In this document: piece by piece, positions 27,575 to 39,100 of the stretch
How positions within the stretch are numbered: the first letter of the stretch is position 1
Layout of the letters: every line of letters starts with the position of its first letter
Origin: an uncultured virus (IMG/VR IMGVR_UViG_3300027779_000022)
Taxonomy: Duplodnaviria; Heunggongvirae; Uroviricota; Caudoviricetes
Length of the DNA: 64,000 bases
Strand: one strand, 5' to 3'
IMG/VR virus record: IMGVR_UViG_3300027779_000022
Program-made: the position numbers and the translations under genes
The notes under the pieces: generated by a model
The model's database searches: none
What the model was told of the DNA's origin: nothing
Seen by the model: the letters and a program-made list of their open reading frames with translations, nothing else

Positions 27575-30457
27575 ATGTCAGTTAAAAACTTTAAGTTCGT
27601 TTCGCCCGGGGTGTTTATCAATGAAATTGATAACTCCTTCATTCCTAGGGCTCCGGATCAAATCGGCCCAGTCGTGATTGGAAGATCAGCGAAGGGATTA
27701 GCCGGTCAGCCAACAAAAATTGAGTCTTTCTCTCAATTTGTAAATCTCTTCGGAGATACCGTCCCCGGTAATGCCGGTGGAGATATCTATCGCGATGGTA
27801 ATTTCCAATCGCCAATGTACGGAACATACGCTGCAAAAGCGTTCCTGAACTCGAACGTGGCACCGGTTACCTATGTTAGATTGCTCGGCGAACAAACTTC
27901 TGCCGGAAGCGCTGCAGGTACAACCGCTGCAGCCGGCTGGTCGACCGACGGCTCACCCGTTGGTAAAGCTGTTGCTGAAACAAGCAATGGTGGCGCCTGG
28001 GGACTTTTCCTGTTCACTTCATCAAGTGCAACTTCAGGAGATCTCGGCACTGGAAAATGTGCAGCTATTTGGTATTTGCAAAACGGTATAATCCAGCTTT
28101 CGGGTACGCTCTGGGGCTCAGAGGGTTCTATAACCTCATCTGCCGGCGCGTTTATTTCGTCTGATTCAAGCGGAAACCACAAAGTCTTAATTAATGGAAC
28201 TGCGACAGGCGACGAAACGTTTCTTTTCAACTTTGATAACCATTCTGAAAACTTTGTCCGTAACCAGTTTAACACCAATCCTCAATTACGTAGTGGCAAC
28301 ACTAAAACATTTTACCCAACCGCAGCACAAAAAGATTACTGGCTTGGGGAAACCTTTGAACAAGATGTAATTAACGCTGGCTTTCACACTTCTGCTAGTG
28401 TTGGTTGTATTGTAGCTCTTGGATATGGCACCGCCGCCGCCGGCGTCGGACCCTCCAAGATGAAAACACAGGCATCGAGAGAAGCGATCGCTGGTTGGTT
28501 TATCTCGCAAGACGTTGGTGTCGCGACAAGCTATCAGCCTGCAAACATGCAAAAGCTTTTCCGCCTTGTTGGCCGCGGCCACGGTGAGTGGTTACACAAA
28601 AACCTCAAGGTGTCAATCGAAAGAATTAAACAGTCAAACACGAATACAAGCCCATTCGGCACGTTCTCGGTTGTTTTAAGAAATATAACTGATACAGATA
28701 ACAGAGTTGAAATTGTTGAGAGATTCGACAACTGCAACTTAAATCCTGCGTCCCCTAATTTTGTTGCTAGAAAACTTGGTGACAAATATAATCAGTGGGA
28801 TACATCGAACAGGCGCCTTAGAGCATACGGCGAGTACAACAACAATTCTAAATATGTTAGAGTTGAGATGAATGCTGATGTTGAAGCCGGCGCGACTGAC
28901 CCCGCACTGCTTCCATTCGGTTATTATGGAGCGCCGCGCTATGCTCAGTATAACAACGCATCCACGGCCGTGGCGCCGTCAAACACTTCAATTTTCTACG
29001 ATAAGGGCTACCGCAGTTTCGGCGGTTCTGCCGGCTTGATGCTTCTGGGTGGAGTGGACAACGGTTCCGGTGCGACTAGTTATGTCACCGGAACCTTCGC
29101 GTTCCCAACTAGTCTCTTGCGCTCGTCCTCTATTGATGGCGGTCTGACTAACCAAACAGACGCATATTTTGGATTCCGTTCAACCCGAACTTCCGGTAGC
29201 ACGACGCCCGTTGAAGGCCTCGGTGATTTACACAGGCTTCTATACGCCGGCTTTCCCGACGATCCCACAAACGCCACAGTGTACGGTGTACAACCATACG
29301 CCTACATCTTTAGTTTAGATGATGTCAGAAAAGAGTCCTCAACGTTTAATTACGCATCAGGATCCAGAAACCTACAAAAATCAGTCACTGGAACAGGCAC
29401 GGGAAGCTACAAGACTCTTCTTGATGAGGGGATTAACAGATTCACGGCTCCGTTCTGGGGCGGATTTGATGGATTCGATATCACGAAGCCTGATCCGCTA
29501 GCTAATAGTTTAATGTCCGACGGTTCGACGAAAGACAATAGCTATGCTTACGCTACATACCTAAGAGCGATTGATACAGTTGCAGATCCTGATTTACTGG
29601 ATATGAACCTTCTGTCAGCCCCGGGCCTGACTGTGCCTTCTCTTACAAATCACATGATTAATATATGTGAAGACAGAGCAGACGTCATGGCCCTGATTGA
29701 TCTGCCTGATGTTTATACGCCTCCGCACGAGGAGTATAAGACAAAGCCAAATCGTATCAACAAGAACGCAGTTGGAACAGCCAACACTCTTAAAGACAGA
29801 AGAATTGATTCCTCATACGGTGCTTGTTTCTATCCGTGGGTACAGACCCGCGATGAAAGAACAGGTCAACTTGTCTGGATTCCGCCATCCGTCGCCATGA
29901 TGGGTGTCCTGGGCTCTTCCGAGTCTAAGTCTGCAGTCTGGTTCGCACCAGCCGGCTTCAACCGCGGCGGCCTCAGTGAAGGCGCCGCAGGGATCCCAAT
30001 TACAAATGTTTCCGAGAGACTTTCTTCCAAGGAGCGCGACACGCTGTATGATGCGCGAATCAATCCAATTGCTTCGTTCCCTTCAAACGGTATCGTTGTC
30101 CTCGGTCAGAAGACTCTTCAGGAACGCCAATCAGCGCTTGATAGAATCAACGTACGCCGCTTAGTCATCTACCTCAAGAAGCAAATCTCGGTCCTTTCGA
30201 CTCAGATCCTCTTTGAACAAAATGTGCAAGCGACATGGGACAGATTTAAGGGACTTATTGAGCCGTTCTTGGCAAACGTCAAGACCAGATTTGGTATCAC
30301 CGATTATCGTTTGATTCTCGACGAGACCACAACTACTGCTGACCTTATTGATCAAAACATTCTTTATGCCAAAATCATGGTTAAACCCGCCAGAGCAATT
30401 GAGTTCATCGCAATTGACTTCGTAATCGCATCAACTGGTGCATCTTTCGATGACTAA
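27575..30457 (+). CDS. contractile tail sheath (gp18-like)
   Basis: SPGVFINEID, WFAPAGFNRG, DRINVRRL, KPARAIEFI. Confidence 0.95.
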   Translation: MSVKNFKFVSPGVFINEIDNSFIPRAPDQIGPVVIGRSAKGLAGQPTKIESFSQFVNLFGDTVPGNAGGDIYRDGNFQSPMYGTYAAKAFLNSNVAPVTYVRLLGEQTSAGSAAGTTAAAGWSTDGSPVGKAVAETSNGGAWGLFLFTSSSATSGDLGTGKCAAIWYLQNGIIQLSGTLWGSEGSITSSAGAFISSDSSGNHKVLINGTATGDETFLFNFDNHSENFVRNQFNTNPQLRSGNTKTFYPTAAQKDYWLGETFEQDVINAGFHTSASVGCIVALGYGTAAAGVGPSKMKTQASREAIAGWFISQDVGVATSYQPANMQKLFRLVGRGHGEWLHKNLKVSIERIKQSNTNTSPFGTFSVVLRNITDTDNRVEIVERFDNCNLNPASPNFVARKLGDKYNQWDTSNRRLRAYGEYNNNSKYVRVEMNADVEAGATDPALLPFGYYGAPRYAQYNNASTAVAPSNTSIFYDKGYRSFGGSAGLMLLGGVDNGSGATSYVTGTFAFPTSLLRSSSIDGGLTNQTDAYFGFRSTRTSGSTTPVEGLGDLHRLLYAGFPDDPTNATVYGVQPYAYIFSLDDVRKESSTFNYASGSRNLQKSVTGTGTGSYKTLLDEGINRFTAPFWGGFDGFDITKPDPLANSLMSDGSTKDNSYAYATYLRAIDTVADPDLLDMNLLSAPGLTVPSLTNHMINICEDRADVMALIDLPDVYTPPHEEYKTKPNRINKNAVGTANTLKDRRIDSSYGACFYPWVQTRDERTGQLVWIPPSVAMMGVLGSSESKSAVWFAPAGFNRGGLSEGAAGIPITNVSERLSSKERDTLYDARINPIASFPSNGIVVLGQKTLQERQSALDRINVRRLVIYLKKQISVLSTQILFEQNVQATWDRFKGLIEPFLANVKTRFGITDYRLILDETTTTADLIDQNILYAKIMVKPARAIEFIAIDFVIASTGASFDD

Positions 30458-30500
30458 AATAAAATTATAAACTAGTTAAATTCAAGGGAGAAAACTAAAA

Positions 30501-31097
30501 ATGCCATTCTGGTCAACAAATTTTGGAGAGGACACAAACCTCAAAGATCCAAAGCGTCAATTTAGATTTACGGTTAGTATTACAGGTATTAACTCTGATA
30601 ATGGAGGCCCATTACTTTGGTATGCCAAGTCAGTTACAAAGCCGACTTTTACAGTTGCTGAAGCTGAGCACAAATATTTAAACCACACCTTTTACTACCC
30701 GGGCTCCGTTTCGTGGAGCGAATGTGATATTAAAATGGTCGACCCAGCGGGTGACCCTGATGCGGCCGCAACATTGGCTGCAATCGTACAAGCCAGTGGT
30801 TATAAACCTCCTACAAAGGCTTCGAGCGAAGACTTGACAAGTATGTCTAAAGCGAAGGCGGCGGGCGCCCTTGGCACTGTTGTGATTACACAAATTGATG
30901 CCGACGGAAAACCCCTTGAAACTTGGACTCTTTGGAACTCGTTCGTGAAAGAAATCGATTTCGGTGGCTCTTTAGAGTACGGAACTGACAATTTAAACGA
31001 AATAAGCTTAAAGATTCGTTACGATTGGGCTAGAATACAAACAGTTGCCGGCTCTTCTGCCGTCGCGCTTCAAGGAAACGAATTCTTCAATTCCTGA
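30501..31097 (+). CDS. tail tube protein (gp19-like)
   Basis: DPKRQFRF, YYPGSVSW, ETWTLWN, IRYDWA; follows sheath. Confidence 0.85.
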   Translation: MPFWSTNFGEDTNLKDPKRQFRFTVSITGINSDNGGPLLWYAKSVTKPTFTVAEAEHKYLNHTFYYPGSVSWSECDIKMVDPAGDPDAAATLAAIVQASGYKPPTKASSEDLTSMSKAKAAGALGTVVITQIDADGKPLETWTLWNSFVKEIDFGGSLEYGTDNLNEISLKIRYDWARIQTVAGSSAVALQGNEFFNS

Positions 31098-31133
31098 GAT
31101 ACAATACAATTACAATAAACAGAGAGGTGTATA

Positions 31134-31979
31134 TTGTCGAGAAATAAAGATCGAGTTGGTGTAGGAACGCCAGCTCCACAAACAGATGCTCCGATAGCTC
31201 ACGCAGCAGCTTCTTCCGAACAACCATTTTCATTCGTTGTTCCTACGGAGTTCGTTGAACTACCATCAAAGGGTAAATTCTATTCCCCGGGCCATCCGCT
31301 CCATAACCAAGAAAATATTGAGTTGAAGCAGATGACAGCCAAAGAAGAAGATATTTTAACTTCCGTGTCGCTTCTAAAGCAAGGTGTCGCAATCGATCGT
31401 GTTTTACAAAGCATTATCATGGACAAAAGAGTCGATGTAGGATCGCTTTTGGTTGGTGACAAAAACGCACTTGTTATTGCCTCCAGGGTATCCGGATATG
31501 GCAACGAATATAATACGACAGTTGGGTGTCCATCTTGCGAGACAAAACAAGAGTATTCTTTTGATTTAAATCTTGCTTCGGTTACCGAAGGTAATAGCGA
31601 TATTGCTCAATACAACGGCGATGGCACGTTCAACACGGTTCTTCCGAATAGTAACCTAGAGATCAAATTTAAGCTGTTAAACGGATATGACGAAAAGAAG
31701 ATTTCCACTCAAAAGAAGAGGGGAGCTGGAAAAGGCGATAATATCATTACTAGACAACTCCGCGCTATGATAATTTCAGTCAATAATAACGAAGAGAATG
31801 ATGCGCTTAATTATGTTGCCGAAAATCTTCCTTCATTGGATTCCGCTTATCTAAGGAAAGCATATAAAGCATGCGCTCCGAATATAGATTTAACCCAGCA
31901 CTTTAGCTGTGAAAACTGCGAGTATGAGCAGGACATGGAGGTTCCGTTAACCGCGGACTTTTTTTGGCCTGACGCCTGA
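31134..31979 (+). CDS. baseplate hub assembly/tail chaperone (gp26-like)
   Basis: VELPSKG, MTAKEEDIL, two CxxC pairs, C-terminal DFFWP. Confidence 0.8.
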   Translation: MSRNKDRVGVGTPAPQTDAPIAHAAASSEQPFSFVVPTEFVELPSKGKFYSPGHPLHNQENIELKQMTAKEEDILTSVSLLKQGVAIDRVLQSIIMDKRVDVGSLLVGDKNALVIASRVSGYGNEYNTTVGCPSCETKQEYSFDLNLASVTEGNSDIAQYNGDGTFNTVLPNSNLEIKFKLLNGYDEKKISTQKKRGAGKGDNIITRQLRAMIISVNNNEENDALNYVAENLPSLDSAYLRKAYKACAPNIDLTQHFSCENCEYEQDMEVPLTADFFWPDA

Positions 31980-31983
31980 GTAT

Positions 31984-32211
31984 ATGGAAAGTGTTTATGA
32001 AGTATTTTTCTTCATGAAGTACTCCGGAGGTTGGTCATTTGCGGAAGCTTATAGTTTGCCAATCGGTCTAAGAAAATGGTTTTCTGAGAGGCTTGTAAAA
32101 CAGCTTGAAGCTGAGAAAGAAGCAATGGAAAATGCAGGCAAATCTAAGAATTCAAAAACGCAAACATTGTCCGCCTTCAATCAACCCGAAATGCCGAAAC
32201 AATTCGGTTAA
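31984..32211 (+). CDS. tail assembly chaperone C-terminal part (possibly reached by frameshift)
   Basis: GGWSFAEAYSLPIGLRKWF; +1 frame open from 31951 across a T7 run. Confidence 0.65.
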   Translation: MESVYEVFFFMKYSGGWSFAEAYSLPIGLRKWFSERLVKQLEAEKEAMENAGKSKNSKTQTLSAFNQPEMPKQFG

Positions 32212-32214
32212 TAG

Positions 32215-32238
32215 AAAAGCCCATCTTTTTGGGCTTTT
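32215..32238 (+). terminator. intrinsic terminator-like hairpin
   Basis: AAAAGCCCA-tctttt-TGGGCTTTT. Confidence 0.7.
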
Positions 32239-32266
32239 ACTATTTATTGTGTAAAGGAATATAATT

Positions 32267-34810
32267 TTGGCTTCATCAACTAACGATATAATTGCCGCGA
32301 TTGAGCGTGGGTTTGCTAATGCTAGCAAGGGAAGAGTCTCGAAAGGCGAGAATGTAAATGTCAATATTTCATCGGAAGAAATAGAAAAAACAAACTCCCG
32401 TGTAGCTGGACTTAGAGGAGAGATTACAAAACTTCAACAAGACGTAAAGAATGCAACCGAAGGAACGGTTGAGCACACAGAGGCATTAGCAAAACTTTCT
32501 GTTAAACAACAAGAATATACCGCACAAGTTAAGAAAACGTCTGATGCCCTAGATAAGAACAACAAACTGTGGGAGAAAGCCAAAGACAGTATTGTTGAGA
32601 TGTCTAGTAATATAAACGACGTCCAAAGTTACGCCCGCGAATTAGAGAGAACAGGTAAAGTATCTGCAGATCTATCACGAGTCTCGATTCGACTAGGGGA
32701 TACGTTAAAAGTATCCGGCGTCGGCTATGAGCAAATGACCGAAGCAGTAAACAGTTTGGTGTCGGGGGTGTCTGACTATACAATGCTGAGTGCAGACATG
32801 CAAAAGAGTCTTTTGAGCGACGCTGCTCTTTTTGCTGAAGTTGGTGTATCAAACGAGCAATACACCCAAGGTTTACAATCGGGTATCAAAGGTATGGGAA
32901 TGACCGCAGATACAGCAGCAGACACCATGAGAGATTTGAGAAGAACCGCTCTCGCGATGCAAGTTCCAGTTGGAGAACTAACTGATGACTATGTTGCTCA
33001 AGCAGATAAACTGGCTCAATTAGGTGACACCGCAATCCCCACGTTTAAAGAAATGGCTAGAATTCAAAAGGTCACAGGGCTTGAAATGGGCAAATTAATC
33101 CAAATGACGGATAAATTTGACACATTCGAAGGCGCCGCAGAACAAGCAGGTAGCTTAAATGCGGCATTGGGTGGCAACTTTGTTGATTCGATGTCCCTAA
33201 TGATGGAAGATGATCCAGCAGAAAGATTCAAGATGATCCGTGACGCTATTGAGGATTCCGGTGTCTCTTTGCAAGACATGGGCCGCAAGCAGAAGATGTT
33301 TATGGCAAATGCTGCCGGCTTTGGAGATGTTTCTGATTTTGCTGCAGCTATGAGTGGTGACTTAAGCGCGCTTGAAAAAGAAGCGGCTGGCTCCGATGGC
33401 ACAGATGCCGTTAAAACTCTTGAAGATGCGGCAACAAATATTCGCTCACAAACGGAATTAGCCGTTAATGCCGCAAAAGCCATTGAGCCTGCATACGGCA
33501 CTCTCGCTGCAAAAGCAATGACAGTCGTGGATGAATTTGCTCCGGGATTGATGGACGCTGCGAAAGTGCTCGCAGACTATAACCAAAAAGCTTATGAAAG
33601 GATCCCCGATGAAGCTGCAGCTTTTTTCGGCAGCCTTGAAAGTCTCAATGATTTATGGCAAAAAGCTAAAGATATTTTAGAGACCTTTCAGGGGCTTGTT
33701 CTGGGACTAATTATGTTTCCCGGAAAAATGGTCAAAGCCGGAAAAGCACTCTGGGGATTTTTTGGAGGAATTAAGACAAAAATTGTTGATGCATTCGGAT
33801 GGCTTACCGGTAAAGGAAAATTCGCGAATAAGTTAAACCTTTTCGAGAAGATACAATTTAAGGGTATGCAGTTTGCAGAGTTTATGGGTAAACTTAAAGG
33901 AAAAGTCGGTAGTATCTTTACGAAGATAAAAGGCTTTGGTTCCACAGCCATGAAGCCAATTTCAAAGCTCATGACCCTTGGGAGCAAGCTTGGACCAATG
34001 CTTGGCCGCGGCTTAAAAATGATGACTAAGTTTGGAAAAACAAATCCAATAACAATTGCTTTAGCTGGTATGGTAGAGGGATTTATAAAAGTCAAAGCCG
34101 CAGGTGGCGACCTTGCCGATTATATTGGCGGAGGCCTTATAGGCGCATTTGGGGCTTTTGCAGAGCTTGGCGACTTCCTGCTTGGTGGTTTTATTGGTTC
34201 AATTGGCAGGCTATTTGGTGTTGATCTAGGCGATACTGGTTTGCTAAATATTATCGGAAAAGGTATCAATAAGATGATCGGTGGTGTTGAGATGGGCTTT
34301 CAAGAAGCTTGGGAAGCACTAGATTGGGGCTTTATTGGCGAAACATTTGAGTATATGTGGAATGGTGTTGTAGATTGGGTATATGACTTTTTAGGAATAG
34401 CCTCTCCCTCGCAAGTATTTATGGACATTGGTAGTTCCATAATGGATGGAATCACCAGCATGCTAGATGCTGATTCTTTAATGGCCGCGGCACAAATGAT
34501 GGTTGATGCGCTCTTGTTTCCGTTCACAAGCCTTGGTAGTCTATTGATGGATCTAATTGGAGGGGCGTTTGACCTTGTTCCTGACTCGATTAAGAGCTTT
34601 ATGGGCTTTGAGACGGACTCTACATCAGATACAGCGACAAAGCTAGCAGGCGCCACTACAGGTGGTGTTACGGCGAAAGCTGGAGCATCCGCTGGTAACA
34701 ACAACTCCGATCCCTATGTTATCAACCTTTCCATGAATTTAGATGGTAAAGAAATTGATAAGAAGGTAATTAATATTGTAGGCGGCATAGCGAAACAGGC
34801 TACTTTATGA
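32267..34810 (+). CDS. tape measure protein
   Basis: 847 aa helical, Ala/Gly-rich with hydrophobic C-terminal half; follows tail chaperone; TTG start with AAGGA SD. Confidence 0.85.
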   Translation: MASSTNDIIAAIERGFANASKGRVSKGENVNVNISSEEIEKTNSRVAGLRGEITKLQQDVKNATEGTVEHTEALAKLSVKQQEYTAQVKKTSDALDKNNKLWEKAKDSIVEMSSNINDVQSYARELERTGKVSADLSRVSIRLGDTLKVSGVGYEQMTEAVNSLVSGVSDYTMLSADMQKSLLSDAALFAEVGVSNEQYTQGLQSGIKGMGMTADTAADTMRDLRRTALAMQVPVGELTDDYVAQADKLAQLGDTAIPTFKEMARIQKVTGLEMGKLIQMTDKFDTFEGAAEQAGSLNAALGGNFVDSMSLMMEDDPAERFKMIRDAIEDSGVSLQDMGRKQKMFMANAAGFGDVSDFAAAMSGDLSALEKEAAGSDGTDAVKTLEDAATNIRSQTELAVNAAKAIEPAYGTLAAKAMTVVDEFAPGLMDAAKVLADYNQKAYERIPDEAAAFFGSLESLNDLWQKAKDILETFQGLVLGLIMFPGKMVKAGKALWGFFGGIKTKIVDAFGWLTGKGKFANKLNLFEKIQFKGMQFAEFMGKLKGKVGSIFTKIKGFGSTAMKPISKLMTLGSKLGPMLGRGLKMMTKFGKTNPITIALAGMVEGFIKVKAAGGDLADYIGGGLIGAFGAFAELGDFLLGGFIGSIGRLFGVDLGDTGLLNIIGKGINKMIGGVEMGFQEAWEALDWGFIGETFEYMWNGVVDWVYDFLGIASPSQVFMDIGSSIMDGITSMLDADSLMAAAQMMVDALLFPFTSLGSLLMDLIGGAFDLVPDSIKSFMGFETDSTSDTATKLAGATTGGVTAKAGASAGNNNSDPYVINLSMNLDGKEIDKKVINIVGGIAKQATL

Positions 34811-34824
34811 TGAGGGCCCTTTAA

Positions 34825-35844
34825 ATGGCAGATTATCGCGACGATACTAACTTTTTTTGGCAATCAAAATATGGAAGAAGCGAAAGAAACCAGCACATAG
34901 TTGATGGTTCAGATGCTTTAGCCAATGGTGGCAAGTTTGTAATCTCATTTCACCACCTGCCGTCAGGTAGAGAAGTCTTTTTCAAAGCTTTCATAACAAA
35001 TTATTCAGAAAACTTTAACTCAGAGTGGAAAGGTGAAACAGTATTTGGCAGAACGGACCCAATTTATACTTATAGCAACACAAAAAGAGTTATAAGTTTG
35101 GCTTTCGACGTCCCCGCGTCTTCAGAACAAGAAGCGTATGAAAACATGGGCAGATTACAGAAGCTAGCTCAATTTCAATACCCTTCATATTTTGTAACCA
35201 ATGAGAGCTTTACGGGCACCCCAGCCGGTAACGAACACACTATTGGGCAATCCCCGCTTGTTAGGATTAAGATGATGAACCTTATACAGAAAACTAACAT
35301 TCCAGGACCTGATTATGTCGGAGGCGAAGCAGAAAATGAAAGCAACAGAACAAGAACTTATGGCAGATACGGCTCGGAAATATCTTCTGAAGCAAATCAA
35401 GGATTATTAGCAGCTATTAACAATATATCCTTTAATACTGATTTTAAAAACCATGCCATATTTGAAAAGCGCGCAGGCACTATCATGCCGCAAAATTTTG
35501 AAGTTTCGGTAGATTTTAGCGTAATTCACGAACAAACGATTGGTTTTGATGAGGCCGGCCGGCCCCTGAGTCCCGGAATGATGTATGACGTCGTTTTGAA
35601 GGAACCAACGGCAAAAGAGAAAGTTAATAATAGGGCGCAATATGAAAAACGAATCCAAATGGAGCGAGATCGCCAGGCTGCAGAAGATAATGCGAGGACT
35701 CGATTTATGGGAGCGCTTGGCGGTAAAAGAGCACAAAAGTCAATTGACCGCTATAATAGAAAAGCCGGCAAAGGTAAAGCAAACGATTACGATGAAGCCA
35801 TGGCAGACGAAGCTCAAAGTTATCTGGACTCAAGGGACGAATGA
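34825..35844 (+). CDS. baseplate tube-initiator-like protein (gp48/gp54-like)
   Basis: FKAFIT..SENFNSEW...FGRTDPIYTY.NT.R.ISLAF; synteny. Confidence 0.65.
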   Translation: MADYRDDTNFFWQSKYGRSERNQHIVDGSDALANGGKFVISFHHLPSGREVFFKAFITNYSENFNSEWKGETVFGRTDPIYTYSNTKRVISLAFDVPASSEQEAYENMGRLQKLAQFQYPSYFVTNESFTGTPAGNEHTIGQSPLVRIKMMNLIQKTNIPGPDYVGGEAENESNRTRTYGRYGSEISSEANQGLLAAINNISFNTDFKNHAIFEKRAGTIMPQNFEVSVDFSVIHEQTIGFDEAGRPLSPGMMYDVVLKEPTAKEKVNNRAQYEKRIQMERDRQAAEDNARTRFMGALGGKRAQKSIDRYNRKAGKGKANDYDEAMADEAQSYLDSRDE

Positions 35845-35853
35845 GGGTTTTAA

Positions 35854-36186
35854 ATGCGTTATAAGAAAATGAAAAAATTTGCAAATGATGAGGAGTATTA
35901 CTCTTATTTAAGAGAGAAACGGAATGTTGGCTCAATCACTCATTACGAAACACCGATTTTAAAAAACCCAACGATCTCAGACCGCGCATCTCTTGTGACC
36001 CAACAGCACATATGGAAATACGGCGATCGACTTTATAACCTGTCATATCAATATTATGGAAATGTCACCTACTGGTGGGTAATCGCATGGTATAACGGAG
36101 TTGCCTTGGAATCTGATATATTCAATGGAGATATCATAGAAATTCCAGTAGATCTAAGGTTAACGTTGAAAGTTTTAGGAGTTTAA
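35854..36186 (+). CDS. baseplate wedge LysM-like protein (gp53-like)
   Basis: GDRLYNLSYQYYG...WWVIAWYN...GDIIEIP. Confidence 0.8.
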   Translation: MRYKKMKKFANDEEYYSYLREKRNVGSITHYETPILKNPTISDRASLVTQQHIWKYGDRLYNLSYQYYGNVTYWWVIAWYNGVALESDIFNGDIIEIPVDLRLTLKVLGV

Positions 36187-36187
36187 G

Positions 36188-39100
36188 ATGTCTGGTTACC
36201 AACTGCGTGAATATGACGAATCGGAGCCAATGACTTCCGGAGAGTTAACCCTCGCTATAAACAACTTTATTGGCGGCGTACGAGACGGGTGGGACAACAA
36301 ATCCGGTGACGTCGCCTTTGAGGACGACAACGGTGATCCCATTGCGGTCGGCGGCATTCTTGACTGGTCAGACGACTTCGCAGGAAGTCAAAAATATGGC
36401 GCCATGGTAGAAAAATTCGAAGCTCTAAGTTCTGGGCTCGAGGAAACGGAGATTAGAGCGCTTTACGGTACCAAAACTAATTCTGCAGAAGCGGGGGATG
36501 TATGGGTAACCAAATTTCTTGTAGATATCCAACATATTGTTGACCCGGAAGCCGCACCCGCCGGCACGGATCTCACAGCCGCCGACATTGAAGAACAAGT
36601 CTCAGAGCAACCCGATCAGGAAGCGATCAATACCAATGCTCGACGAAGTGATGCCGCCGCACTTGAAAAAGCTGAGCAAGCAGCATCTGGATCGGCTGGA
36701 AGTTCAACCGCCGACTCTTTTAGTTTCAAAGAACAGTGTTTCTTAACTTCAAAGATGGTCGACATAATCAAACACAAAGATAAAACCATAAGTAAATACA
36801 AGAAGCTGCCTTATGTTGCCGGCAGCCCTCAAACAAATGATACAGTCTCCAATGCATGTATTTTGGTTCATGATGATCCTTTCCATTTTGTAAATAGGCT
36901 TTTAGTATATCCAGACACAGAAGCATATTTTGATATGCGTTCCGAAGAGATCGCCAACCTTCAACCAGAAATCAGATTTTTTAAAACAGTGTTTGATGAG
37001 CAAGCCGGCGAAAACATAAATACAGAGATAAAGTTTGATACGGCATTTACCGGACCAAACGAAGTTGGATCCACGGGCCTGCCGGGCTCATCAGATCTGA
37101 TTAGCATGCTGATAAACAAAAGAAAACGAGCAGCCGGCACGGGTATAAAACAATTTGATATATCCTTTATTGGTACTGATCCTTTTGCTGCTAAGAAGGA
37201 CCTGCGCGCAACGCTGAAGATTTATACAGCCAGCATGGAAGAACTATTTAAAGTCCGCGGAAGCAACGGTATTCCCTACCGATACATAGATTTAGCATTA
37301 AAAACTGTAACAACGAAAGGCAAAGGCAAAACAGCATCGTCTTCAGTCAGCAAAGCCGCCGATGAAAATTCAAATATGCCAAGAGCCGGCTCCACCGTAG
37401 ATGACGTTACAAGAATGGATTTTGCAATTAAAGCGAAAGTTGGCGTTCGTGCCCCCATGAAAACAGTGGCCGGCAACACGGACCTTCATTCGGCAATCTC
37501 AAGAAACTCTGTAACCGTACAAATGACCCCTGTTACCCATGAGTTCAATTTTCAACCGAATGGATCTTTGGAGTTCGTTATTCATTACGTTCCATTTATA
37601 GCCGATCATTTTAATACCTCTACTTTTGATGTTTTGGCCGGCGATATTATGAATTCGGAAGATCTTAATCATAAGATCAATAATAAAATGCTTACTGCGA
37701 TGTGCGATGATGAAGCCAAGGAAAAAGAAAGAGAAATGCATATTTCAATGCGACGCGAGCTGAGGGAAAAAAAGCTTCCTTATCTAATCAAGAGGCTACA
37801 CTTAAAGCAACAAATACATTATCTTTCGATCCCTCCGTCTGTTGCAAAAGCGTTCAACGCCAGTGGGCCCGCCGCAGACATTAGCGAAGTTTTCGGGACC
37901 TCCAAAAAGAAAGAGAATAACGAAGAGAAAAAGACTGAGGACGAGATAAAACAAGAGGCAACATTAAAGAAAGCCGCAGATGAAGCTGCGCGCATCGTTA
38001 TAAAAACCACGGCAGGAACCCCCGTCAGCATACAAGAAAACAATATACCGTATTTCTATCTAGGGGATATTGTGGATGTCGCTATGGAAAATATTGAAAC
38101 AACTTTACAGCCTAACGAAATGACCCTAGCGGCAATAAAAAAGAAACATGAGGCCTACGCACTAGAGAAAGGCGCACCGACCGCGGCACGTGCTTTTGTG
38201 GAGGCCGGCCACCTGGATGAGATTCTGGGTGATTATATAACCAAAATGAAAGAGTCTCACGAAGCGTATAAGCACTACAGGGTTATTCTGGGTCCATTGG
38301 AAATTGTAGATCCAAAAAATCCAAAAAAAGTGATTGTAGCGAGCTTGGGAGATGTACCGATTTCCCTAAGATACTTTCAGGAATTTTTGACTCATGAGAT
38401 CCTCGCAAACGATAGGACAAGGCTCCCGCTAGCGGCCTTCCTTCAAAAATTAATACAGAAGATGCTAAGGAACTTTTTAAATAACGATACATGTTTTGGT
38501 GGTGCGGTAAAACACAAAGCCAGACTTAATAAGACCGAAGCTGTTTGTTATAACGTCAGTCCTGATTTAGATGATATAACACATCGTATCAAAACAGCGC
38601 GCTACAACACTATTCAGCTCACTAAGGGAAAAGTAGATGCAGATGACAAAATACCAGTCGTTGATCGGTTGATGGCATCATACTATGATCAGCCTATATT
38701 GCACCCGGTCGGTTTCGGTGGGGAAGATCTAGTAAACGGAAAACCGTCCAAAACTTATAATTATCTTATTTTTTATGCTTCTCGGACCTCTGCCATCCGT
38801 GGCTATCAGGGTGACAGAGCAGAAGATAGCAGAAGAGGCGTCCACCATTATTCAGTCGGTCGCGACCGGGGTATAATTAAGAACATAAAACTTAACCGGG
38901 ATAAACGCCCGATGATGAAAGAAGCGCGCTTTGAAGCAGAAGGTTTTGATGGATTACAACAACTTAGAGAAGTCTATAATGTAGATGTAGATTGTTATGC
39001 TAATTTTAATGTATTTCCGGGCGCTAAAATTTATGTCGACGGTACCGGCTGGGTTCCAACGCTGGATGAAGACACATTAGCCGCCATTGGTTCGTTTGAT

